Shown here: piece by piece, positions 50,801 to 61,502 of the stretch
Layout of the letters: each line of letters begins with the position of its first letter
Numbering within the stretch: position 1 is the first letter of the stretch
From: Raja brachyura
Taxonomy: Eukaryota
DNA: 64,000 bases
Direction: 5' to 3'
NCBI GenBank assembly: GCA_963514005.1
Contig: OY740795.1
Location: forward strand, 6,448,001-6,512,000
Notes under the pieces: model-generated
The model's input: the letters and a program-made list of their open reading frames with translations, nothing else
Told to the model about the DNA's origin: nothing
The model's database searches: none
Translations under genes and position numbers: made by a program

Positions 50801-51439
50801 ATAAGCAGAGGACAAGTCCTTTAAACGGCGGAACTAAAAGAGGTCGAGGGTGCAGCGACCCAGAAGCATGATTAAAAACAGGGGAAGTTGATTAAGCTGC
50901 TCAGAAATGAGATCCTGAACAGGGAGGTGCAGGGTACAACAGCAGGATGCGGACTTCAGCTGCTGATGCCGGCATGTATTTATTTTCCTACTCTAATTGC
51001 CCCTCCACTGAGTGGCAGGGAAGACCTCATTTTGTGTGTCTGGAGTCCCGCAGAGTCCACTCCGGGAAATGAAACTGATTTATTTCTGCGGAGGATGTTG
51101 ATGAAACGTTTGTGCAACAATCCAGTCGTGTCATGGTTCCTGTTACTTTTAACACTTGTTTTTTTCTCTCTCTCCTATAACAAAGTCCAGATATTTTTCA
51201 TTTCATTAATTTATCTTCCCTTGCTGCTAGGGTGGGATTCAGGCTTGTATCATGATCAGTAACTCATACCAGAATGCAGAATGATACAGTAAGTTTCTCA
51301 GTATTGTGGCCTAGATAGTGTGCGTTCTATGATGCATCAGTCTCCGGAGGAAATAAAGGCATTGATGTGATTTTTTTTCGCTGTGGCCTCAGTGTGGCTG
51401 AACCAGGACAGATTGGTAATATTTAAACCTAGGAACACA

Positions 51440-51848
51440 AAACTCTCACCCATTTGGGCGGCATGGCGGTGCTGAAATAACGGGCAAATGGCGCGCCAAC
51501 GGCGTACAGGCAGCGCGCGGCGACGCATGGTTACGGACGTTGACGCACGGTGACGACTAATAAATTAGCATAGGCGATGTTCGTGCATCACCATGCGGCA
51601 CCACGTGCTACACGTACGCCAACAGTTCATCAGCGTACGCCGTCGGTACGGCAGTGCGTGCAAGGGGATACGTCACGCAGGAGACGCGCGAGGATTCTGA
51701 ACATTCCAAAATCCTGGGGCGATAGGGAAGCACCGCGCGTCATTGCACACACCCCCCACGCGCCACACATGCGTCACCATGCACCAAACAATTTTTAGGA
51801 TGTGTGTAAATGACATCCAAATGACTCCCAAGTGGGACAGGCCCTTAA
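51440..51848. mobile_element. CpG-rich Harbinger-like non-autonomous element
   Basis: Right end CCCAAGTGGGACAGGCCC|TTAA shares the terminal motif of 34948-35170; left end degenerate (CCCATTTGGG). Confidence 0.55.
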
Positions 51849-54049
51849 GCCTGCACATCTGAGAAGACAATAATATCCATGCAATTGCTGGTCTCCTGCT
51901 ACTGGAAGCCTGTCTGACTCACAAATACTTTACCATAGATTCTGCACCTCGGATGCCAAGACTTAACCAAGAACGTAAGACTTGACCAAGAACGTTGGCC
52001 AACTCACCCTCAACCTAATTATTCAGTCTGATTTTGGGCTGCAGATCCTGTCTGATCCCCTTGTACTTCTTGGTCTAACTTGGATTTTGAAAAGTTAAGA
52101 AGGATATGGGCAGGTGGTACTCGCGTAGATGGAACATCTACGGTCGGCATGGACAGGTTGGGCCGCAGGGCCTGTTTCCGTGCTGCATCTCTGTGATTTG
52201 CTGGACTTTAGGGATACAGCGTGGAAATGGGCCCTTCGGCCCACCGAGTTCATGCCAGCCAGTGATCACCCTATACACTACCAGTACCCGACACACGAGT
52301 GAAAATTTACAATCTTACCGAAGCCAACTAACCTCCAAACCTGCTTGACTTTGGAGGGTGGGAGGAAACTGACGTACATCGTGGAAACCCGTGCGGTCAT
52401 CGGGAGAGTGTACAAACTCCGTACGACAACACCCGGAGATGTCTGGATCGAAACCAGTTCTCTGGCGCTGTGAGGCAGCAACACTGCCGCTGCGCCACCG
52501 TGCCTCTGTGATTCTATAATCTCTTCATCAGTTGGTTTATCTGCATTCCACTCCTGCATGTGGCCAACCAGCAAAGCCTCATTAATGGGTCGGCCGTAGG
52601 AAGATCGTGCAGCACATGCTGCCTCTGAGTGTCATGAATGATGTGACCTGCGATAGGATAGAGGGCAGGAGGACATTGCACGGACTCGGAGAATCACACA
52701 GTGTAAGTGCCTGGCAGCGCTAATCTCCGTTGCACTGTTTATTTTTGGCACACAGGCCAGATCACTGAAATTCCCCCTTCAACGTTTCTATCTCTTCGCT
52801 GAAGAAAAATTGCAAGCTGCCTCAGGAATTTGCAAAGAGAGTAACAAAGTGTCACGACCAATGATGAAGGTAACACAGATGACCACCAAAAGCCCTTTTG
52901 AGTGTGAATTACCTCATCTGTCAGAAGCCTCCATGGGCACCTCATCTGCACTTTAAAGTGAAATCCACATGTAGAAATGATTACTGTAAATTAACAATAA
53001 TGTTAAAAGAAAAGCTATAAAGAAAACTACACACAGTACATTGATATCAACTAATCGGTCTTTAGTTTTACTTTTGTGAGGGCCATGCCAAATTGGAGTC
53101 ATGGAGTGATACAGTGTGGAATCAGGCCCTTCGGCCCAACTTGCCCACACCGGCCAACATGTCCCAGCTACACTCGCCCCACCTGCTTGTGTTTGATCCA
53201 TATCCCTCTGAACTTGTCCTATCCATGTACCTGTCTAACTGTTTCTTAAATGTTGGGATAGTCCCAGCCTCAACTACCTGCTCTGGCAGCTTGTTCCATA
53301 TACCCGCCACCATTTGTATGAAAAAGTTGCCCTTCAAATTCCTATTAAATAATTTTCCCCTTCATCTTGAACCTATGTCCTCTGGACCTCGATTCCCCTA
53401 CTCTGGGCAACAGATTCTGTGCATCTACCCGAGTCATTCCTCTCAGGAGAATACTGGTCCCATTATTTTCATCATTTCATAATTAACAATGCCGCTGGAT
53501 ATCCTGGGACCAGACAGGCCGTGGGCTCCACAAAGTGCTTAGTTTAGTTCAGAGAATCAGCGCAGAAACAGGCCCTTTAGCCCACTGAGTCCGTGCCAAC
53601 CAGCGATCACCCCGTACACACTAGAGACAATGTACAATTTTACCAGAACCAGTTAACCTGCAAACCTACACATCTTTGGTGTGTAGAGCACCCGGAGAAA
53701 ACCCACACAGCCGGTCACAGGGAGAAGGTACACCCTCTCTGCAGACAGCTCAGGATTGAACCCGGGTCCCTGTTGCTGGAAAGCAAGAACCCTACTGCTA
53801 TGCAACCATGCCGCCCTTTGTGCTTGAGGGCTAGATACCAGGATCTGCAGATGCTGAAATCTTTAGTAATGCACAAACTGCAGATGCTGTCTGAATGCTT
53901 TCTTTTTTGATCCTGATTTTTTTTTTTTTTTAAACTGCTGTTTTACTGTTCGTTAAAACCTCCTGACCTGTACATGCAGTGAGCCTGCACTGACAGCCCA
54001 TTGCTTCAACAGTACAGATAATAGAGCAGTCTGAGACTCCATTGAATTT

Positions 54050-54676
54050 AGAAGCATGCAGGTACAGCAGGCAATGAAGAAAACAAATGTCATGTTGGGC
54101 TTCATAGTGAGACGATTTGAGTACAGGAGCAAGGAGGTCCCACTGCAGTTGTACAGGGCCCTGGTGAGACCGCACCTGGAATATTGTGTGCAATTTTGGT
54201 CTCCTGATTTGAGGAATTATTGCCATTGAGCGAGTGCAGCAAAGGTTCACCAGCTTAATTCCTGGAATGGCGGGACTGACATATGATGAAAGAATGGGCA
54301 TATATTCACTGGAATTTTGAAAGAGAGGGAATCTTATAGAAACATATAAAATTCTTAAAGGATGGACACGCTAGATGCATGAAAAATGTTCGTGATATTG
54401 CGCGAATCCAGAACCAGGGGTCAGCCATTTCGGACTGAGATGAGGAAAAACATTTTCACCCAGACAGTTGTGAATCTGAGGAATTGTCAGCCACGGAAGG
54501 CAGTGGAGGCCAACTCAGAGTTCGATGTAGCTCTTAGGGCTAACGGATTCAAGGGATATGGGGAGAGAGTAGGAACGGGGTACTGATTTTGGATGATCAG
54601 CCATGATCATATAGAATGGTGGTGCTGGCACGAAGGGCCAAATAACCTACTCCTGCACCTATTTTCTATGTTTCTA
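54050..54676 (+). mobile_element. CR1-type LINE 3' fragment
   Basis: [21 protein letters not shown]...; TTTCTATGTTTCTA tail. Another CR1 tail lies at 55515-55902. Confidence 0.9.
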
Positions 54677-57257
54677 AGAAGGATTTGGATGGGCTTCAGG
54701 CGGCTCAGGCCATATTGCCCTGTGAGAGGCAACTCAAAATGGCTTGAGGGTAGACCCAGGCTATGAGGAAACAATCCTCACAAAAGTTAGTGGTTACTCA
54801 GAACGCACCACAGCACAGATCATGCGTGGTCACAATTAATGAGGATGCCCCGTATCAGAGGAACAGGTGTTATTTTGGAAGGACCATTAGTTTAGTTTAG
54901 TTTATTGTCACATGGACCGAGATACAGTGAACAGCTTTTGTTGTGTATTATCCTGTCGGCAGAAAGACTGCACATGACACAATCGAGCCGTCCACGGCGT
55001 ACTGGTACATGATAAAGGGAGTAAAGGGACAAAGGGAATAATGTTTAGAACATTGGGGGAGATAGGTTTGACTGAAGCAAAAAATAGAAATCCCCAGGGA
55101 TGCACCGCAAACGCAAACAATGCAGAGTAGGGGCTCTGCAGCTTGATAACAGGGCTCTGGAAAATTGTAAGCACTTAGGACTAAATAGGGAGGAACAGTC
55201 CATCAACTCAAGTGCCTTGAGGACATTATAATCAAAGTGAAGCTTGTGAGAGCAAACAGTTATTTGTGTGGCAACTTTAGGGTTAGAACCGTTCTTCAGA
55301 CTGATTGCAGGCGGAGTTCTCTGTCCAGCCCCATCTCTTTTCCAGCTTACTTTCCCGCCTCCCTCCGCTCTGCAATCAGGGGGGGTGGGGAAAGCTGGAG
55401 GAGAGGTGGGGGTAGTCTGGGATGTGATAGCTGGAAACAGGTGAGGGGGAGGGGTTTGATTAGCAGGTTGTTGCACAAAGGCCAGAGATGAAATGGCAAA
55501 GAGCATTGGAACAGATAAGATTGTTAAGGGCTTGGACACACTAGAGGCAGGAAACATGTTCCCGATGTTGGGGGGGGGGGGGGGGGGGGGGGGAGGAGAG
55601 AGAGAGAGTCCAGAACCAGGGGCCACAGTTTAAGGATAAGGAGTAAGCCATTTAGAACGGAGACGAGGAAACACATTTTCTCACAGAGAGTGGCGAGTCT
55701 GTGGAATTCTCTGCCTCAGAGGGTGGTGGAGGCAGGTTCTCTGGATGTTTTCCAGAGAGAGCTAGATAGGGCTCTTAAAAATAGCGGAGTCAGGGGAGAA
55801 GGCAGGAACAGGGTACTGATTGGGGATGATCAGCCATGATCACATTGAATGGCGGTGCTGGCTCGAAGGGCCAAATGGCCTACTCCTGCACCTATTGTCT
55901 ATTGAGATGAGGATAGAAGAGGCACAAAATGTGAAGCCAGAGGAAGCAACGTAGATGAAAGAGAATGGGGAAAGAGAAAGGGAGAAATTGATGTGCATTC
56001 TGATGGTGCACAGGGAAGAGAGGAGGTTAACGTGTGGGAGGGTATTTGTAGATTAGTTACCTAAAATTGGAGAGTTCATTGTACATACCGTTGGATATTT
56101 CTGGATGCCCTCATCAGGCTTTTCATCATGGGTTAAACCAGACAATTTACTCTTCACGAGACAGACACAAAATGCTGGAGTAACTCAGCGGGACAGGCCG
56201 CATCTCTGGAGAGAAGGAATAGGTGACGTTTTGAGTCGAGTCCCATCTTCAGACTAGTCAAGGGAGAGGGAAACGAGAGACATACAAGGATAGGATACAA
56301 AGGACATTGATTATCACATACACCAATTGGTGTAGTGAAATTTGACTTGCCATTGCAGCACACAAATAAATATAAGACACATCATTGAAGAATTTAACAA
56401 TAAACATAAAAACATAGACAGTGATGTGGAGAGATATAGAACAAATTAATGAAAAATATGCAAATGAGGATCTCGACCCGAAACGTCATCCAATCCTTCC
56501 CTCCAGAGACGCTGCCTGTCCTGCTGAGTTACTCCAGCATTTTTTGTCTGTCTTCAGTTTAAACCTGCATCTGCATTTCCTTCCTACACATTTCGTCTTA
56601 CCATGCATGAGGTTGTTGAGACCTCCCATCTGTGCCAGTGTGGGAGAGAGGTCAGGAATGGAATCGTTGGCTGTTCTCTTTGCTCCCATTCCTTAGTCAA
56701 GGCTACGGGAGATAATTGCAAAACACAGAGCAAAAGAAAATGCCAAAACTGGAAGTCGGAGTTAAAAACAGGAAAACAAAACTCCTGATGATAGACGCGC
56801 AAAGTGCTGGAGTAACTCAGCGGGTCAGGCAGCGATTCAGTCTGAAGAATGGTCCCGACCCAAAGCTTTCTCCAGAGATGCTGCCTGGCCCGCTGAGTTA
56901 CTCCAGCGCCTTTTTGTCTATCTTCAGTATAAACCAACATCTGCCATTCCTTTCTACACAAATAAAACTCCTGGAAGCATGGAGCAGTAGAGTTGCCAAG
57001 CCTGCAGGCATATCCTCCCGTTTCCAGACACATACCATACCAACCTGAAAGAAAAACAAAGTGGGCATTGTAAAAGTGAAATTAATATTGCCTTTAAAGT
57101 AATGCTACAATAAAGTCCCAGCGCGGACTGACAGTTCTTTTTCCAAACAATTGATATTATTCCTTTTCATACTCCTAAAAGACCTTTAACTCATTTTTTA
57201 GAAGTCATACAGTGGCATAATAAATTTTACAGTGAACCAAGCAACTTTAAAAGGAGC

Positions 57258-57450
57258 CGGAAAGAAGTGCAGATGTTGATTTAAATCAAGGCTAGACACA
57301 AAATGCTGCAGTAACTCAGCGGGACGGGAAGCTACTCAGGAGAGAAGGAATGGGTGACGTTTCGGGTTGAGACCCTTAACGTCACCCATTCCTTCTCTCC
57401 AGAGACGCTGCCTGTCCCGCTGAGTTACTCCAACATTCTGTGTCTCCCTT
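57258..57450. mobile_element. Penelope-derived fold-back insertion with 16-bp TSD
   Basis: CAACTTTAAAAGGAGC at 57242-57257 and 57451-57466; inverted GAGAAGGAATGGGTGACGTT / AACGTCACCCATTCCTTCTC arms. Confidence 0.78.
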
Positions 57451-57479
57451 CAACTTTAAAAGGAGCACAGAAACCGGGC

Positions 57480-57690
57480 CCCAGAGAGCAAGTGTGGAAA
57501 CGGGGCTCCAGAACGTTTAAAGGGGATGCACAAAGTGGGGTCCTACTGGGTTTAAAGGGGGTGCAGGAAATGGAGCCCTGCTGAGTTTGGTGTCGAGGCA
57601 GAAAATGGAGCCCCGTGCAGTTTAAAAGGGGTGCAGGAGATGGTGTCCTTCTAAGACGGGAGGGGCAGGAAATGGAACCAAAGGAGCCAA
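57480..57690. repeat. Degenerate minisatellite GTTTAAAGGGG.TGCAGGAAATGGAGCCC
   Basis: Recurs at ~57515, 57550, 57600, 57620 and 57660. Confidence 0.6.
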
Positions 57691-58348
57691 AAGCACATCC
57701 ATTCGGATTTCACAGTGGAAACAAAGAACTGCAGATGCTGGTTTATACAAAGATAGACACAAAATTCTGGAGTAACTCAGTGGGTAAGCAGCATCTGTGC
57801 AGGCAAAGGATGTGTGCCGTTTCGGGTCAGGGTCCTTCATCAGTCAAACAAAAGTAGGGGATGAGGGGAGAGGTGAAGAGCTGGAGGAGACAAAACACCT
57901 GTTCCTGTTAGGTACTGCCCCGCCTGAGGTCATTTGTGGCCTCCCACAAATGTGATCATCGTTGATTCTTGCATATCTTGCATTAATTTGTCCTATCATA
58001 AGATCATGTGATAGGAGCAGAATTATGCCATTCGGCCCATCGAGTCTACTCCACCATTCAATCATGGCTGATCTATCTCTCCTTCCTCACTCCATTCTCA
58101 TACCTCTGACACCCGTATTAATCAAGAATAGTAAGATTGAAAGAGAACTTACCAGTTCGAAGGTTGATCTTTATTTTATGAGGAGTCGAAGTGAGGGATT
58201 TCGTGAAGAGCCCGCCGGCGCGCATGCTCGACATACTTCAAAGTAGCGGCGTGGAATCACAGAAACCAACAAAGAAATGACTTTGCATAGTAAGATTGAA
58301 GTGACTAAGATTACCAGATGAAGGTGATTGAGGGTTGGGCGAGGAGGG

Positions 58349-58461
58349 CACGAAATCCCTCACTTCGACTCCTCATAAAATAAAGATCAACCTTCGAACT
58401 GGTAAGTTCTCGTTCAATCTTACTATTTCATTTCGGAGTCACGTGAGTGACTTCGTGAAGA
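58349..58461. repeat. DIRS internal complementary region (ICR)
   Basis: 58349-58427 is the reverse complement of the left terminus 58127-58205 (one mismatch seen). 58425-58461 is the reverse complement of the right terminus 63238-63274. The two halves overlap at ATT. Confidence 0.95.
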
Positions 58462-58602
58462 CTTCAAAGCTTCTGTGATTACACGCCCTGGACCACGTCC
58501 ATGCTGACACACCACTACCAGGGATGGATGGGAGGAACAAACTTGCTCAATAGTTCATACTGCAAAACAAGAGCAGAGTTATTAACAACAAATCAAAACC
58601 CC

Positions 58603-59682
58603 TCATGCAGGGACATCTCCACGTTCGTGACCTGCATTCAGCACGGCTTCTGCGAACTGTAGAGGAGCAAAAACAGGCTTGTTATAAAAACGCTGGAACA
58701 CAGCTTCATTAGCCCATCCTGCTGTGGCGAGAATTTGGTCCATGGGCACCTCCATGACCCTCGCCGTTGACGTCGATGCAGCCCTGTTGGAAAGAGACTT
58801 GAACACATTAGTGTCGATACCTGACTTACCCAAGACGACTGGAAGCCACATGGATATCGTCTGGACTGTCACTCGATGATGAGGTCTCTTATGAGTGACA
58901 AGCAGGTATCTCTCCATTCCTCTGATGCGTGCCGTCACCTTGACATAGTGGCGGATATGTGAGGCTACACATAGCCTAGCATCTGCGGGGTATGCCGGGA
59001 ACTTCAGCTGCAGCCCTGTGCACCGAGGTCTATGCTGCTTTAGTAGCTCGTCAATGAAAAAGACTACTTCCGTGGGGGTAGACGTCATTCTGTCGACACG
59101 AAGTTGGTGTAGTGTCTGTACCCTCTGAGCTGAAGTCAGCGCTAGTAACATCACCAGCTTCATGGTGCGTTGGTCCAGTTGGAGCCCTTCCATGGGTGAC
59201 CACGTCCTGAGCAGGGTTAATACGTCCCTGACATCCCAGGTGATATTATAGCGTGGTGTAGGCGGATTCATATTGAATATACCCCGCATGAGTCTGGACA
59301 CAACCCTGTTGGATCCTACCTCCAAACTGAGGTAGAATGATAGCGCACTTCTGGCGCTGTTGATGGCACTGTAACTTAAGTGTTCATCATGGTGCAACCC
59401 CGCGAGGAATTCCAGGACGTCGGTTGTTGTCACGTCATCGTACGTGATGCGAGAGCGGCTGCAATCGGCTTCCCACTTCTTAATATGCGAGCGGTATCTT
59501 CGCCTTGTAGACTCTCGACACGACGCCCCGGTGGTATCCATGGTCCGAGCCGAGAGGCCGTATTGGTCTAACAGCCTGTTCAGAACCTGCAAGCCAACAA
59601 ATTTAAATAGCCATGGCAGGGATGCGGCTCCCCTGAGACAGGGTGAGTAACCAATTGTGGGCAACCCTTCAAAAGGACCCAA
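58603..59682 (-). CDS. DIRS tyrosine recombinase ORF (open, but catalytic His apparently replaced)
   Basis: SAM-like YSAINSARSALS; LALTSAQRV (R); KSLSNRAAST in place of HSxR; TAGW...FQRFY (W, Y). True start uncertain. Confidence 0.9.
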   Translation of the reverse strand: MGPFEGLPTIGYSPCLRGAASLPWLFKFVGLQVLNRLLDQYGLSARTMDTTGASCRESTRRRYRSHIKKWEADCSRSRITYDDVTTTDVLEFLAGLHHDEHLSYSAINSARSALSFYLSLEVGSNRVVSRLMRGIFNMNPPTPRYNITWDVRDVLTLLRTWSPMEGLQLDQRTMKLVMLLALTSAQRVQTLHQLRVDRMTSTPTEVVFFIDELLKQHRPRCTGLQLKFPAYPADARLCVASHIRHYVKVTARIRGMERYLLVTHKRPHHRVTVQTISMWLPVVLGKSGIDTNVFKSLSNRAASTSTARVMEVPMDQILATAGWANEAVFQRFYNKPVFAPLQFAEAVLNAGHERGDVPA

Positions 59683-59933
59683 GGTTCGTTGAGCATGTCA
59701 AAGACCACCGGATACCAAGGCTGTGTGGGCCAGTCGGGTATAATAAGGATGCCCTTGGCAGCATCTGCCTGAATCTTTCCCAATAGCCGACTGATGAGGC
59801 AAAATGGGGGGAAGGCATAGAAAAACCACTTCCCCCAGTCCAGCGAGAATGCATCTAGCGCTATTGCCCCAGGATCTGGTTCCCATGAAACGTAGGTTGG
59901 TACCTGATGGTTCCACCGTGACGCAAAGAGGTC
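59580..59933 (-). pseudogene. DIRS Dam-like N6-adenine methyltransferase domain, frameshifted from RNase H
   Basis: Manual translation DLFASRWNHQVPTYVSWEPDPGAIALDAFSLDWGKWFFYAFPPFCLISRLLGKIQAD...LIIPDWPTQPWYP. Confidence 0.85.
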
Positions 59934-61455
59934 ATGTCCGGTTTACCAAATTTGGCTGTGACTTTAGAAAAGATCTCAGGATGCAACATCCATTCAATAT
60001 TGTCATTAAATTTGCGTGACCTGCTGTCCGCCACAGTATTAAGCTCACCTGGCAAATAGGTAGCTGAAATCCAAATGTCTCTTTGAACACACCAGAGCCA
60101 AATTGAGTTTGCCAATTTGTCACACGAAACTGGCCTGGTACCACCCATATGGTTTAAATATGCTACTGCTGTGGTGTTGTCTATTTGGAGACGGACATGT
60201 GCTCCAACAAACTCGGAACAATACGCACAAAGTCCGTGGAATGCTGCCAGCAACTCCAAATAGTTAATCCCTTGAGTTAACAACATCGTTGATTCAAGGG
60301 TGTCCCATCTGCCACCACAACTAGAGCAATTATTCGTGGATCCCCACCATTGGAGCTTGCATCAGTTTGCAAATATACCACCGGATTAGCCTCCCTAATA
60401 GGCTTGAATGAGTTGCTAATGTGACACACCCACCATTGCAACTCATTTATCGCTTCGGGCGGCAGCTGCATGGACCGATCATAATGACCAGCGTTCTGTT
60501 TTAACGCAGCAATTTTAGCTCTTTGCAAATTCTGATAATGCAAAGGTCCATATCGCGCTGCCGGAAACAAAGCTACCAGCTTCCCAATTATTGTAGCTAA
60601 GTGCCGAATCGATGGTATATTGGTGCGGATTAAATCTTGACACACCTGGGTAACCTCCTCAATCTTGTTAATTGGAATGGTAACCCTCATGCTTATAGAG
60701 TTCACCGTGAACCCTAGGTAATTAGTCACCTGGGCAGGGTAGAACTTTGATTTCTCTGGATGGACAATAAACCCCAATTGTTGAAATATATTGACAGCAG
60801 CTGCAACACCCTGTTCAGCCAATTCCAGGGTGTGGCCCACAATTAAGACATCATCTAAATAGGCCATACTATATGGTGTCGTTGTCTCAAATAAGCCATA
60901 ATTGGCTTCACTAATTTAGTGAACAATCTAGGGCTGTGGTGAGCCCATTAGGCAAAGCCTTGTACTGCCAGAGTTGCCCCATCCAGATGAATTTTAAAAC
61001 CTTCTGTCACATTTCTGGACGGATACGGAATAATATGCGTCTTTTAAATCGAGGCATGCCATAAAGCAACCATGAGAAATCAATGATTTGGTTGTTTCAA
61101 CGTATCCATTTTAAAATGAGAATATGTTACAAAAGTATTCAAACGGGTTAGATCAATAATGACACGACAACTTCCATCCTTCTTAGGTCTGGTGAATATG
61201 TTCGAAACAAATTCAACTGGTTCATGCACCACTCTCTTAATCACTCCTTTGCTCAAGACTTAACAATTCCTTATAGCCGGCTGCCTGTTCTGCAGCAGAT
61301 AATTTAAATGTTTGAGCGGGCATGTGCTGGGATGGAGGAATGTCGCCATTAATAAACTCAATTTTATGCCCCTGAATATTCTGCAACACATACTCGTCAC
61401 CAGTAAAATTACCTCATGCACCCCAAAACCACCGAAGGTGACCACCAACATGTGA
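59934..61455 (-). pseudogene. DIRS reverse transcriptase + RNase H, several frameshifts and a stop
   Basis: VGGHLRWFWGA*, FVSNIFTRPKKDGSCRVIIDL, LDLKDAYY, QYKALPNGL, AYLDDVLI, TDAS, INYLELLA, IDNTTAVAYLNHMGG, NTVADSRSR. Confidence 0.92.
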
Positions 61456-61502
61456 AGTTAAACAGAGAGAAAAGAGAGAACCATACCCCCTCACCTCCGT
61501 GG

